DNA from: Candidatus Hadarchaeota archaeon
GTDB lineage: Archaea; CAYQAE01; CAYVLA01
Assembly (NCBI GenBank): GCA_964452145.1
Contig: CAYVLA010000003.1
Location: forward strand, 45,020 to 109,019
Length of the DNA: 64,000 nt
Direction of reading: 5' to 3'
Each line of letters starts with the position of its first letter. Position 1 is the stretch's first letter. Below, in pieces: positions 38,501 through 48,674 of the stretch. The notes under the pieces were generated by a model. The model saw only the letters and a list, made by a program, of their open reading frames with translations. It searched no databases and was not told the DNA's origin. Position numbers and translations under genes: made by a program.

Positions 38501-39471
38501 CTTCCCAGCGGGACGGGCGCCCTCTCCGCGATCGAGCGGCGAACCGCCACGGCCATCCCGACCGCCGCCCTGCCGTCCTGCCCCGTGATCGAAGGGGACC
38601 GGTTCTCGCGGATGCTGGCGATGAACTCGGCGACCTCCTCGGCCACTCCTCCCGGCGGCATCCGATCCTTCCCTATCGTGACCTCCTCGGATCCCGCCTT
38701 TCTGTACCTTATGGCGCCCGCGCGGTTGTCGTAGAACAGGGTTCCATTCTGACAGATGATCTCGCCCCGGTACTCGCCGATCACCGATGAGACGGCTGCT
38801 TTGAGGACCCCGACGGCGCCGCCCCTGAATCTGAAGGAAGCAAAAACGGTGTCCTCGAAGTCGACGTAGTCCAAGACCAGTCTGCCACCGTATGCGAAGG
38901 CCTCCTCCGGTTCGCCCAGCACGTGTCTGAGGTAGTCGAACTCGTGGACGTTTACCTCAAGAAGCATACCTCCGCACTGGTCAACCCTCGTCCTCCAGCC
39001 CTGCCTGTATCCCCAACCTCCGATGCGGGTCGTGCTCATGGCCACCGGCCTGCCCAGCTCTTCGCGGACGATCCTCGCCGACTCCTTGAAGATGGGTATG
39101 AGTCGCAAAACCTGTCCGATCATCAGGTTCACCCCGGCTTCCTCACAGGCGTCGATCATGTCGTCGCAGTCCCTAACAGTCAGGGCCATGGGCTTCTCGC
39201 AGAAGACATGCTTGCTGGCCGCGGCTGCCTTCCTCACGTGTTCGGCGTGGAGGAAGCCCGGGGTGGCCACTATCACTCCTTCAACGTCGCGCCGGGCAAG
39301 CAGCTCATCCATATTCCCGCACATCTGGCCCCCGACTTCCGATGAGACCCCCTTGGCCGCCTCCGGGTTGGAGTCGAAGACTGCTACAAGCTTCCCCTCG
39401 GTTGATTTGACCATGTTGCGCACCAGGTCAAGGCCCATTCCTCCGCAACCGATCAGTCCGATCCCTGTCAT
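38497..39471 (-). CDS. Gfo/Idh/MocA oxidoreductase
   Basis: GLIGCGGMG, ATP..LH, FCEKPMA, GGMLLE..VHEFD; start ATG 39471. Confidence 0.92.
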   Translation of the reverse strand: MTGIGLIGCGGMGLDLVRNMVKSTEGKLVAVFDSNPEAAKGVSSEVGGQMCGNMDELLARRDVEGVIVATPGFLHAEHVRKAAAASKHVFCEKPMALTVRDCDDMIDACEEAGVNLMIGQVLRLIPIFKESARIVREELGRPVAMSTTRIGGWGYRQGWRTRVDQCGGMLLEVNVHEFDYLRHVLGEPEEAFAYGGRLVLDYVDFEDTVFASFRFRGGAVGVLKAAVSSVIGEYRGEIICQNGTLFYDNRAGAIRYRKAGSEEVTIGKDRMPPGGVAEEVAEFIASIRENRSPSITGQDGRAAVGMAVAVRRSIAERAPVPLGR

Positions 39472-39475
39472 CCCA

Positions 39476-39826
39476 TCATCCGTCCTTGGAGGAGCCCCGT
39501 TCCACGGCCTTGTCCCACGCATCGACGAGCTTCTCGAAGCTCTCATAGGCCTGTTCACCGATCTGCCTACCCGCCGGGGTCAGTTCGTACTCGACCCTTA
39601 CGGGCTTCTCGGGGAAGACCATTCGCCTGACCAGGCCCATGTCCTCCAGCTCCTTGAGCCTGTCGGACAGGGTTCGCGAACTGATCCCTGAAAGCATCCT
39701 TCGGAGGTGTGAGAACCTCATCTTCCTGTTCGTGTACAGGCAGTACATGATCTCCACATTCCACTTCCTGACGAAGGTGCCCATCAGCGAACGGAACTCG
39801 GCCAGTCTAGCTCTTTCCGCCTCCAT
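39476..39826 (-). CDS. HxlR-family winged-helix regulator
   Basis: KW...I, RFS.L, ISSRTLS.RLKELE..GLV.R, PVRVEYELT..G. Confidence 0.92.
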   Translation of the reverse strand: MEAERARLAEFRSLMGTFVRKWNVEIMYCLYTNRKMRFSHLRRMLSGISSRTLSDRLKELEDMGLVRRMVFPEKPVRVEYELTPAGRQIGEQAYESFEKLVDAWDKAVERGSSKDG

Positions 39827-39936
39827 CCCTTGGCCTCCTTGATTTATCTTCCCACACCTGGTTTCCGGTCACTCAATCACATTTAAATGGTGCATGTCTT
39901 ACACCAGCTTCCACATACACACCAAGGTGAATTGGC

Positions 39937-40269
39937 TTGGTTGTTTTCAAAAACCTGGACAAGGACGCCGATGGAAAGATGGACCACGTCGTGGTCGAGA
40001 TCCCCAACGACATGGGCACCGGATCGGCCAGGATAAGGGAGGTCAAGCTGGATGGCGTGGCAATCCCCTGCGAGAAGGTCACGGTCACCGTGGGGAGCCG
40101 CCCGTCCAGGACGCTGGATCCGGCAAGTGAGATCTACTCCGAGTACGGCGACACGATCAAGCTCGAGATCCCGAAGGACGGGGGTCTGACAAAGGGCGAA
40201 CACGTCCTCGGCATCACGGCATCCATCGGCTGGCGCGAGCAGCTGGTGAACCTGAAGGGAACGCTCTAG
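39937..40269 (+). CDS. Hypothetical small beta-rich protein with a DxDxDG motif
   Basis: AGGTGA RBS, TTTAAA TATA at ~39882; DKDADGKMD. Confidence 0.65.
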   Translation: MVVFKNLDKDADGKMDHVVVEIPNDMGTGSARIREVKLDGVAIPCEKVTVTVGSRPSRTLDPASEIYSEYGDTIKLEIPKDGGLTKGEHVLGITASIGWREQLVNLKGTL

Positions 40270-40418
40270 GATTCCCCCCCCGGCTCAAGGGCTCCGGCGG
40301 GCCAACGCCGATGCGGATCTTCGTGGTCGTCCTAGCCCATCCTTTAGCCTCCCCCGGGACCGATCCTGCAGAAGAATATTCAAGGAAGAACCCCACCGCG
40401 AGGAAGGGAGAAGATCAC

Positions 40419-41669
40419 TTGGAGAAGCTAGCCATCCATGGCGGCAAGCCGGTCAGGACCGGAAGGCTGAACAACAGTCCGGCCATCGCCCCGCGAGAGA
40501 AGGAGCTTGTCATGCAGGTTCTCGACTCTCGCCAGTTCTGCGCCATTGACGGAAGGAAGGTGTCCGAGTTCGAGGAGCGTTTCGCGGATTACGTGGGCAC
40601 CGAGCACGCGGTGGCCACCGACACGGGAACATCCGCGCTCCACGTCGCCATGGCTGCCGCGGGCGTGGGGCCGGGATGCGAGGTCATAGTGCCCGCATAC
40701 ACCTTCATAGCCAGCGCCACGAGCGTTCTCCACAACAACGCCGTGCCGGTCTTCTGCGACATACTGCCGGACACGTTCTGCATGGATCCGGAGGACGTCA
40801 AGAAGCGGGTGACCGACAGGACCAGGGCCATCATGCCGGTTCACCTCTTCGGCCATCCTGCAGAAATGGACGAGCTGGTCGAAATTGCTGACGAGCATGA
40901 CCTCTCAATCATCGAGGATTGCGCCCAGGCCCATGCGGCCGAGTACCGTGGCAGGAAGGTCGGCAGCCTGGGGGATCTAGGATGCTTCTCGTTCCAGGAG
41001 AGCAAGAACATGACTGCCGGAGAGGGTGGCGTGATCGTGACCGACGACGACGAGCTGGCGGACGCCTGCCGAAGGTTGAGGCACCACGGAGAAGCATTCG
41101 GACCATCAGCCACGAGGACCTACGAGAGCTTCATCATCGGATACAACTTCAGGATGACCGAGCTGGCCGGGGCAGTCCTCCTGGCCCAGTTGGAGATGCT
41201 CGACGAGTTCACGTCAAGGAGGATCAGAAACGGGGAGAGGCTGGTCCGCGAGCTATCGCAGTTCGATTGGATCACTCCTCCCGCCAGACGACCGTACGCC
41301 AAACACGTCTACCACGTCTTCGTTCTTCGGATCGACCAGGCCAAGCTGGGCATGAGCCGCGCCGAACTTCACGCCGCCTACACCGCCGAGGGCCTCTATG
41401 CCGGATTCGGCTACTCCCGCCCGCTCTACATGAACCCCATCTTCAGGAACAAGGTTGGCTACGGAGGGAGGGGTTGCCCATACGAATGCCGGTACTACGA
41501 AGGGGACGTCAGGTACGGGGAGGGCCTGTGCCCGGTCACCGAGCAGGTGATCAAGGATGCCATGTGGATCGGCGGTGGCTGGACAATCCACAACATCGAC
41601 GACTCCGACATCGACGACGTGGTGTACGCCTTCCGGAAGATCGATGAATACGCAGGATCGAAGACGTGA
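40419..41669 (+). CDS. DegT/DnrJ/EryC1/StrS PLP aminotransferase
   Basis: LAIHGGKPVR, TGTSALH, IEDCAQAH, FSFQESKNMTAGEGG, NFRMTE; start TTG 40419. Confidence 0.93.
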   Translation: MEKLAIHGGKPVRTGRLNNSPAIAPREKELVMQVLDSRQFCAIDGRKVSEFEERFADYVGTEHAVATDTGTSALHVAMAAAGVGPGCEVIVPAYTFIASATSVLHNNAVPVFCDILPDTFCMDPEDVKKRVTDRTRAIMPVHLFGHPAEMDELVEIADEHDLSIIEDCAQAHAAEYRGRKVGSLGDLGCFSFQESKNMTAGEGGVIVTDDDELADACRRLRHHGEAFGPSATRTYESFIIGYNFRMTELAGAVLLAQLEMLDEFTSRRIRNGERLVRELSQFDWITPPARRPYAKHVYHVFVLRIDQAKLGMSRAELHAAYTAEGLYAGFGYSRPLYMNPIFRNKVGYGGRGCPYECRYYEGDVRYGEGLCPVTEQVIKDAMWIGGGWTIHNIDDSDIDDVVYAFRKIDEYAGSKT

Positions 41670-41689
41670 TGCTTGACGACTTCGCAGCC

Positions 41690-42910
41690 CTAGGCAAGCC
41701 TTGTCGATTCCACCTCACGGTAGAGCCGCCTCCTAACCATCACCGTCCACAGGACATAGCCGCAGATCATCAAGGTTCCGCTCACCGCGGTCCACTCCAC
41801 TAGGTAGGTCCAGAGAAGCGCCCGGTCCTTCAGGCGCATCGCCTGTACGTTCATCTCGGTGAACGCCTTCGAGATCTGGTTAAACCTGGCCAGGCTTGAC
41901 TCGTAGTCTGCTTGCAGGTAGAGACCGTCGGCCTCCCTCTTCATCGCCGATATGCTCGCAAGCTCGAAGAGCAGGGGATCGGACCGGGCCCCGAACTTCT
42001 CCACGAACTCCATCAGGGAGACCGCGAGGCTCCTCTGTGTGGCGTAGGTCAGGAACTCCAAACGGAGGGCATGCATCAGGAAAAGATCCTGGGGGATCGC
42101 GAGCCTGGAAACCAGGAATACCATGTTCAGGACGTAGTCTGGGTAGTACTCCCACCGCGTCATGATCAGTTCCCCCCATGACGGCGTCCAGTCAGGCATA
42201 TGGGCCAGGGACGACCCGCGGCCGGTCTCCCAGTAGGTGAGCACGGGGCTCCATGGATCCCTGTCGCATGCCAGAATGGTGACGCTTCCCGCCTTGGCCT
42301 CCACAAAGTTCATGCCGGTGAAGCCGGGCATCGTCTGCCAGGGAAGGGATTCTGCGAAGGGATGATCCACAATCTTGGGCACGGCCTTGAAGAAGTGGTC
42401 GACGATCTTGGGCTCCGTACATGACACGGGTAGGACCTCCCCGACGCTTGTGGGTCCCCATGAGGGATGGCCACTCCACCCGCCGAAGGATTGTATCCCG
42501 CCCGCCATCATGAGGCCCTGCCCCCCTTCAGTGACGCCCTGCCCGAGCCACGAGAGCTGCAGAGGCGTGAAGATGTTGAGGCTCGGATCGCTCAGTATCA
42601 CGACATCGTATTTGCCAACATGCTCGGCGTAGTTTCGGGGCATGTAGAGACGCATGAAGCGCTTCAGATCCGCGTCGGAATAGGTGAGTTCGTGGGTCGA
42701 TGCGGGGATGGGCGTGCACCTGAAGGCGGGCTCGGTTTGCATCTGGATGAAGGGGGTTCGGCCCCAGCAGTCCCCGATGTACACCAGCCTTGTCATCCCG
42801 GTCTCCGGGTCGCGGTTCGGCGGATTGGCGCCGCCAGACACAGCAAGGGTGAGGACTCCGATGATGCATATGCAGACCCGGATGGAGAGGGACAGATCGC
42901 ACCGCCTCAC
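41690..42910 (-). CDS. Secreted GATase1-like (DUF1355-type) domain protein with helical stalk and C-terminal TM anchor
   Basis: YDVVILSD, GLMMAGG..SFGG, EVLPV, HPF, G.GSSLA; signal peptide and C-terminal TM + RRR. Start approximate. Confidence 0.7.
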   Translation of the reverse strand: MRRCDLSLSIRVCICIIGVLTLAVSGGANPPNRDPETGMTRLVYIGDCWGRTPFIQMQTEPAFRCTPIPASTHELTYSDADLKRFMRLYMPRNYAEHVGKYDVVILSDPSLNIFTPLQLSWLGQGVTEGGQGLMMAGGIQSFGGWSGHPSWGPTSVGEVLPVSCTEPKIVDHFFKAVPKIVDHPFAESLPWQTMPGFTGMNFVEAKAGSVTILACDRDPWSPVLTYWETGRGSSLAHMPDWTPSWGELIMTRWEYYPDYVLNMVFLVSRLAIPQDLFLMHALRLEFLTYATQRSLAVSLMEFVEKFGARSDPLLFELASISAMKREADGLYLQADYESSLARFNQISKAFTEMNVQAMRLKDRALLWTYLVEWTAVSGTLMICGYVLWTVMVRRRLYREVESTRLA

Positions 42911-43229
42911 GCCCATAGGGCGACGGTTGGCACTTAAGTATTCCTGCGGGCAGCCATCGATGCTGCGTCGTGCATCTTCCTGCTTCTGCCTGAAAGGATG
43001 AGGACCCAGGCGGGGACGCTCCATCCCGCTTTTCAAAGGGAATGGTTCTTGCATCCAAACAAGGGCTGTCTCACTTCCCGAGTAGTTCCGTGACGAAGCT
43101 CGTTGGTCCGACTACGCGGAATCGGGCGCCATATGCTCGGATGCTGTGTGGGGCGATGGGGATTGCCTGACCCTGACATCTAACCAAAAAACTGAAAAGG
43201 CTGGTTCTCCCAGCCAGGCCGGTGATATC

Positions 43230-43802
43230 GTGGCAAAGATCCAGATGGAGCCCTCCACGCTCCTGTACCCCCTGCCGGTGGTTTTGATCAGCTGTGGAGA
43301 AATGGACAACAAGCCCAACATCATCACGATAGCCTGGACAGGCGTAGTCTGCTCCGACCCGCCGATGGTGAGCATATCCGTGAGGCCCCACAGACACTCT
43401 GCGCAGATCATAAGGCAAACCCGGGAGTTCGTCGTCAACATACCGACCGAAGACATGCTGCGCAAGGTAGACAGGTGCGGGGTTATCTCGGGCAAGCAGT
43501 ACGACAAGTTCAAGGAGGTCGGCCTGACGATGATGAAGGCGGCCGTCGTGGGTTGTCCACTGATCCAGGAGTGCCCGGTCAACCTGGAGTGCAAGGTGAC
43601 CGAGATCAAGGCGCTGGGAGCCCATGAGATGTACTTAGCGGAGGTCGTGGCCGCCCATGCGGATGAGGAGGTACTCGAGGGCGGCGAGATACAGGTAGCC
43701 AAGGCGAGGGCCCCGACCTACTGCCCCGTGAACTCGGAGTACTGGTCGTTGGGGTCGAAGATCGGGGACTACGGCTTCACCAAGCGAAAGAAAGGGAACT
43801 AG
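43230..43802 (+). CDS. Flavin reductase-like (flavoredoxin) protein
   Basis: LYPLPVVLI, NIITIAW, PP, EFVVNIP, CG..SG..DKF, ECPVNLEC; start GTG 43230 after GGTGA. Confidence 0.9.
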   Translation: MAKIQMEPSTLLYPLPVVLISCGEMDNKPNIITIAWTGVVCSDPPMVSISVRPHRHSAQIIRQTREFVVNIPTEDMLRKVDRCGVISGKQYDKFKEVGLTMMKAAVVGCPLIQECPVNLECKVTEIKALGAHEMYLAEVVAAHADEEVLEGGEIQVAKARAPTYCPVNSEYWSLGSKIGDYGFTKRKKGN

Positions 43803-43840
43803 CTGGATCGGGCCCGGCCTGCGAGGATGTTGGTGGCAGT

Positions 43841-45331
43841 TTGGAGACCGATGCCGAGAGACTTGTGGTGGGCTTCTCGTACTCCATCATCGCCACCGTC
43901 GTCTCCTCGGTCTTCGCATATGTCGCCGGCCTCATCGTGATGAGGCTGCTGGGGCCCGGCCAGTACGGGCTCTACCAACTGGTCTTCATGGTTCCCTCCC
44001 TCCTTGCCCCGGTCCTGAATCTGGGCATAGAGGCTACGATGGTCAGGTTCGTGCCCCGGCAACTGGTCTCCGAGCCGTCCCGGGCGATGCACACCGCGCG
44101 ATACCTCTTCATGGTCAGGGCCGGGATCTCCATCGTCGCCTGTGCGGGCATGCTCGCTCTCTCGCCCTTGATATCAAGGGCTCTGGGCGAGCCGGTCACC
44201 CTCGGGGTGATGGTTGCCAGTCTCTTCTTCCTAGCCAACATGCTCTACGCCTTCATGCAGGCCCTCTTCCAAGCCTTCTTCCTGATGCGTTACAGGGCAA
44301 TCATGATAGTCCTCTACAGCGTTGCCTATGTCGCCATCGTCTTGCCCACGATCTACGGAGGCCTTGGGTACGTGGCCCCGATTGCCGCCTTTGCCCTGGC
44401 AGCTGCCTTGGCGGTCTCCGTGGGCCTCGGGCTTGCCCGGAGGGCGGGACTCTCCATCATTGGGCTATCCTCCAGAGAGGGGATCAACCTGGCGGAGCAG
44501 ATCCGCTTCGCGGCACCTGTCTACATGTCGAATCTGCTGGGGACCCTGTTCGCATGGATAAGCGTCATCCTGATCAGGGCCTTCGGCCTGGATGTGGTGA
44601 CCGTGGGCTACTTCCGCGGCGTCTACAACATCGTCTCCTTCGGATTGCTTCTAGCGATCTCACTGAATGTCGTGGTCATGCCCTACGTCTCGGAGCTTGA
44701 GTCCAAGGGCAACCGGGCCATGCTCGCATTCTTCTGCACCAAGGTTACCAAGCTGCTTATCATCCTGGGCATCCCGGCCGCGGTGGGACTCATGCTCGTC
44801 TCCAGGGCCGTGCTCGCCAGCCTTCTCCCGGACTATGCCGAGGCCACATCCATGATGCAGATCCTCTCCCTGCTGCTCCTCTTCATGCCGGTCTACAGCG
44901 TCTCCAACACCATGCTGACCGGAGTGGGCAGGCCCGATCTAGCCAACTATGCCAGCATGATCATCTGTGCGGGGACCTTCGTCGCAGGGGGGATCCTTGG
45001 AGCGCTGGCCCGGATCAACGGTATCGCGGCGGCCCACGTCGTCTCAATGTTCGCTGGCCTTGTCTACTCCCTTTTGATGATGACGCGACTGACGGGGGCA
45101 TCGATCGAGGCGGCGTCGAGCGTGAAGGCCGCCGCGGCCACATCGGTCATGGGCGTCGTCGTGTATGCCGTCCTGCGCCTCATCCCCAGTCCCCTTCTGG
45201 GCCTGGCCACTGCCCTCCTAGCGGGGGTGGGTAGTTACGCAGCTCTGGTCTACTTTTTGGGGGCCCTGAGCGAGGAGGATTTCAGAATCCTGAGAACAGC
45301 CGTAGAGATGGCCAGGCAGAGGGCCGGCTAG
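43841..45331 (+). CDS. MOP-superfamily oligosaccharide flippase (Wzx/AglR-like)
   Basis: About 14 TM, RLLGPGQYG, VGYF, C-terminal LSEEDF. Confidence 0.82.
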   Translation: METDAERLVVGFSYSIIATVVSSVFAYVAGLIVMRLLGPGQYGLYQLVFMVPSLLAPVLNLGIEATMVRFVPRQLVSEPSRAMHTARYLFMVRAGISIVACAGMLALSPLISRALGEPVTLGVMVASLFFLANMLYAFMQALFQAFFLMRYRAIMIVLYSVAYVAIVLPTIYGGLGYVAPIAAFALAAALAVSVGLGLARRAGLSIIGLSSREGINLAEQIRFAAPVYMSNLLGTLFAWISVILIRAFGLDVVTVGYFRGVYNIVSFGLLLAISLNVVVMPYVSELESKGNRAMLAFFCTKVTKLLIILGIPAAVGLMLVSRAVLASLLPDYAEATSMMQILSLLLLFMPVYSVSNTMLTGVGRPDLANYASMIICAGTFVAGGILGALARINGIAAAHVVSMFAGLVYSLLMMTRLTGASIEAASSVKAAAATSVMGVVVYAVLRLIPSPLLGLATALLAGVGSYAALVYFLGALSEEDFRILRTAVEMARQRAG

Positions 45332-45419
45332 GCGAAGAGGCATGGAATCGGGGCACGCTATTGTATGCCGGACATCTGGCTGGGACCAGCGTGTCGGCGG
45401 GCTGGTAGGGCTCGGACCA

Positions 45420-47366
45420 TCAACCGGATTCGACAGGAATCGTGCCCTCCGAAGTCTCCGCGCAAGTACGGCCACTCAACTCATCTGGCTCCACCGGGAG
45501 TTCAACTTGGAAGGTTGAGCCTTTCCCGAGATCGCTTTCCACAACGATCCTCCCACCGTGGGCCTCCACTATCCTCTTGCAGACCGGCAGGCCCAGTCCC
45601 TGTCCCTGGGCCTTGGTGGTGAACAGTGGCTGGAAGAGCTTGTCCATGTTGGACTCGGGGATTCCAACGCCGGTGTCACGGAATCTGACGGAGATGGATC
45701 TGCCGAGGTTCTGATAGCTGATGTGCAACGATCCGCCGTCCGGCATTGCCTGAACTGCGTTGGTGATCAAGTTGTGGAAGACGCGCTTGACCATGTTCGC
45801 ATCCACAGACAGCTTCGGGAAATCAGGCGGGGACTCCGCGTGTACCTTCACGTTCTCAGGAATCGGGACGCTCAGCAGAGTTCCCTGAACAAGAACGGGA
45901 ATGTCGCTGCTCTTCCGATCCAGGCGCATCGGCCTAGCGAAGTCCTGAAGATCCGACACAATTTTGTTCATGTAGGCAACCTCCCTGTCGATGGTCTGTA
46001 GCGCCTTCACAAGGCTGTTCCTTGACGCGGAGAGCGAATGGGAATCCATGTCTTGAAGGCTCTTCCTGGCCAGGTAGATGCTGTTCGTTATCGCTTGCAG
46101 GGGATTTCGAAGATCGTGGCCCACCATGGCTGCGGTTTGGCCTATTCCGGCCAACCTTTCGGCGTCTTTGAGTTCCCGGGTCTTGGCTTCCACGAGTTCT
46201 TGGAGGCCGCGGGAGTAGACTCTAAGCTGTTCCTCAGCCCGTGTTCTTTCTTGTACCTCGGCTTCTAGAGCGGCGTTGGTGCAGGCGAGTTCCAGGGTTC
46301 TCGCCTTGACGCTCTCCTCCAGACTAGCGCGAATGCTTCTCAGCTGCTCTTCGACCCGCTTCTGGTGCGAGACATCACGCAGAACCACCAGCTCACCGAT
46401 GCGCTGGCCCTTCCGAGCACCCAAGGACGAGATGCTCACGTCAAAGTGCGTAGCACCCTCTGCGGTCTCGACCCGGATCTCCTCGGCGTCCCGGATCCCT
46501 GCCAGAGGATTGACACCCGCCAGGCTGGGTATCACCTCCGTGATTGGCCGTCCGGCCAGGCTGCCTGCCTTGCCCGCAAGCCTGGCCGCTGAGGGATTAT
46601 GGTCAATGATGCGATCCTGAGGATCTATCACGAGAACGGGGTCGTTCATCTTCTCGATCATAAGGCTCCCAGCAACGTGGACTATGCCAGAAATCCTGCG
46701 ACGGAACTGCCCCAACATGATAGCCACGCCTGAGGGAAGGAGGCTCATCGCCAGCAGCGCCGGAAGGCGGAAGGCATCGAGCAGAGTCATCCCCAGCAAG
46801 GCCGCAAAGCCAGGCGATAGTGCCGCCACCGCGAGCGACAGGGCCTGCCTTTTCTGAAGGTTTGGAAGACGGGCCAGGGAATGGATGAGCAATGCCGAGC
46901 CAATCAGTATCAGTAGATGGAAGTACGCCACGAGAGCCCAGAAACCAACGCCGTAGAGAACCTCCGATCCTGAGCCGGATATCGTCGGCAAGAAGACGAG
47001 GCCGTGGAAGCTGTTGGTCCAGCTTAAGACGATGAGGAGGACCCCTGCGGGCACGAGCAAGGCCAGGTTTCGAGCAGTGATCATGCTGGATCTTGCCGAA
47101 TACTGGAGCGAGAAGAGCACCCATGCGATCGAGACAACCAGACCCGCCGTCATCCCAAGCTTGATGGCCAGCAGCTTCTCAGAGTAGCTCGTTACAAGCA
47201 GCCCGCCAAGGCACGCCAACAGCCATGCCGAGAGGCCCAACATCAAAACGCTCAAGACCGCTGCGCCTATCGCGGGGCGCCGCCTCCACGCTACTGCCGC
47301 TAGGCATGCTGCCATCAGACACAAGGCTGTTACAATGCTGGCTTCTGGAAACCACAGCTCAACCAC
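45420..47366 (-). CDS. Sensor histidine kinase (N-terminal 7TM region, PAS, HisKA, HATPase)
   Basis: TM region with WTNSFHGL, GHDLRNPLQ H-box, NLITNAVQA, DTGVGIP, LFTTK, GLGL. Confidence 0.93.
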   Translation of the reverse strand: MVELWFPEASIVTALCLMAACLAAVAWRRRPAIGAAVLSVLMLGLSAWLLACLGGLLVTSYSEKLLAIKLGMTAGLVVSIAWVLFSLQYSARSSMITARNLALLVPAGVLLIVLSWTNSFHGLVFLPTISGSGSEVLYGVGFWALVAYFHLLILIGSALLIHSLARLPNLQKRQALSLAVAALSPGFAALLGMTLLDAFRLPALLAMSLLPSGVAIMLGQFRRRISGIVHVAGSLMIEKMNDPVLVIDPQDRIIDHNPSAARLAGKAGSLAGRPITEVIPSLAGVNPLAGIRDAEEIRVETAEGATHFDVSISSLGARKGQRIGELVVLRDVSHQKRVEEQLRSIRASLEESVKARTLELACTNAALEAEVQERTRAEEQLRVYSRGLQELVEAKTRELKDAERLAGIGQTAAMVGHDLRNPLQAITNSIYLARKSLQDMDSHSLSASRNSLVKALQTIDREVAYMNKIVSDLQDFARPMRLDRKSSDIPVLVQGTLLSVPIPENVKVHAESPPDFPKLSVDANMVKRVFHNLITNAVQAMPDGGSLHISYQNLGRSISVRFRDTGVGIPESNMDKLFQPLFTTKAQGQGLGLPVCKRIVEAHGGRIVVESDLGKGSTFQVELPVEPDELSGRTCAETSEGTIPVESG

Positions 47367-47471
47367 CTGATTCTTCGTATCCGTCCTTCTGACCCATGTC
47401 GGAAGGCTATCCCGTCTCTGTATCCCTCTTGCCCTCGCAAGAAGGCGTGGCGGCCACGATGTGGAGGGAGC

Positions 47472-47488
47472 ATTATAATATTTTCCGC
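47472..47488 (-). promoter_or_regulatory. BRE/TATA-like promoter of the 7TM histidine kinase
   Basis: Minus strand reads GCGGAAAATATTATAAT; adjacent inverted repeat GCAGA-TTCA-TCTGC at ~47496-47509. Confidence 0.5.
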
Positions 47489-47764
47489 ATTCTTTGCAGA
47501 TTCATCTGCGAACGCCGACAGATTCTCTACCGAAATCGCATGCACTTCAACTCAGGATGGGACTGACCGAGGCTCCTTCTCCAATGCACCATCCTGCTCT
47601 TGAGACGGGTGATATTCTCGGTGGCGAACGATCGCTCCATGCTGCCGGCCTATCCCAGAGCGCTGAAGTCGGGCTGGCCGACACGGCACGCCGCAGAGGG
47701 CCAAGCACCTTGGTGAGGGGAATCCGGGCCCGGAGAAGAGGGCGGGTTCGTGTCGATGAGCGTT

Positions 47765-48451
47765 TCAGTCGGCGCGCGCCTCGGTTCTCCTAGAAGGGAG
47801 ATCGCCCGGGGACCAATGGTTCCCTGATACAGGGTGCTCGAACCTCATTTCCGTAACGGTGAGGGCCAGGGATGCGGTTCGGGACACCTCGGACATCACC
47901 GACATCATCCTGTCCTTCGTGAATCCATCATGATAGATCACCGATGAAACCTCAAAGCCAGTGGGCAGCCCGGACTTTCCATGAAAGGCGAACTCGCAGG
48001 GCTTCAGGGCCAATACCGCCTTGATCTCGTTGAGAAAGGCCTTTGCGTCCTCGCCTTCAAGCCCACGCAGCCAGCTGGTTGTCTCACGCCCCAGCTCCAC
48101 CTTGCATGAGATGTGGACCTTGTCTCCGAAGGTCAGAGTGACTGGATGAAAGAGGGAGGAGGTTACCTCAAGGGTCTCCTTCGTCTCCCTGAACTGCATC
48201 CTCTCCTCCGACAACCATCTCTTCGCGAGGTCCTTCATGTCGCGTATCGGTCTGCCCCCGGGTCCAACCAGCATCTCCCCCGGGCTGTCGGGCTTCTCGA
48301 AGCTCGTGAGCACAAATTCGGCCGGGATGGCTTCCCCCTTGGCCCAGTACGCGAGCAGATACTCCAGATCCTGCTCAGGGATGTAGACTCTGACCTTTCG
48401 TCGGGTTGCCAAACCAGACATCCACCGGCTCCCAGCAGTCTGCCGGGTCAA
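47765..48451 (-). CDS. Hypothetical protein, DUF2299-like C-terminal domain
   Basis: KRWLSEE...IYHDGFTKDRMM pattern; TATA-like TTAAAG upstream. Confidence 0.55.
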   Translation of the reverse strand: MTRQTAGSRWMSGLATRRKVRVYIPEQDLEYLLAYWAKGEAIPAEFVLTSFEKPDSPGEMLVGPGGRPIRDMKDLAKRWLSEERMQFRETKETLEVTSSLFHPVTLTFGDKVHISCKVELGRETTSWLRGLEGEDAKAFLNEIKAVLALKPCEFAFHGKSGLPTGFEVSSVIYHDGFTKDRMMSVMSEVSRTASLALTVTEMRFEHPVSGNHWSPGDLPSRRTEARAD

Positions 48452-48674
48452 CCGAGCCTTCTCCTGTTGGCCGCCCTCTTCCTTTAATCTTTCTGATCAT
48501 TGATGCATTGATGGAATGAAAGGGCCGATCAGATACCTCGCGGTGACCGCGGCGAGCGTCTACCTCCTCGAACCGACGGCTGCTCCATCGCCGGTGGTGT
48601 GAATACTAGCCCCCTGGAAGCTTGTCGGGGCTCGATCGACGGCAATCGTCTCAAACTTGGCCAAGGAGAGCGTC

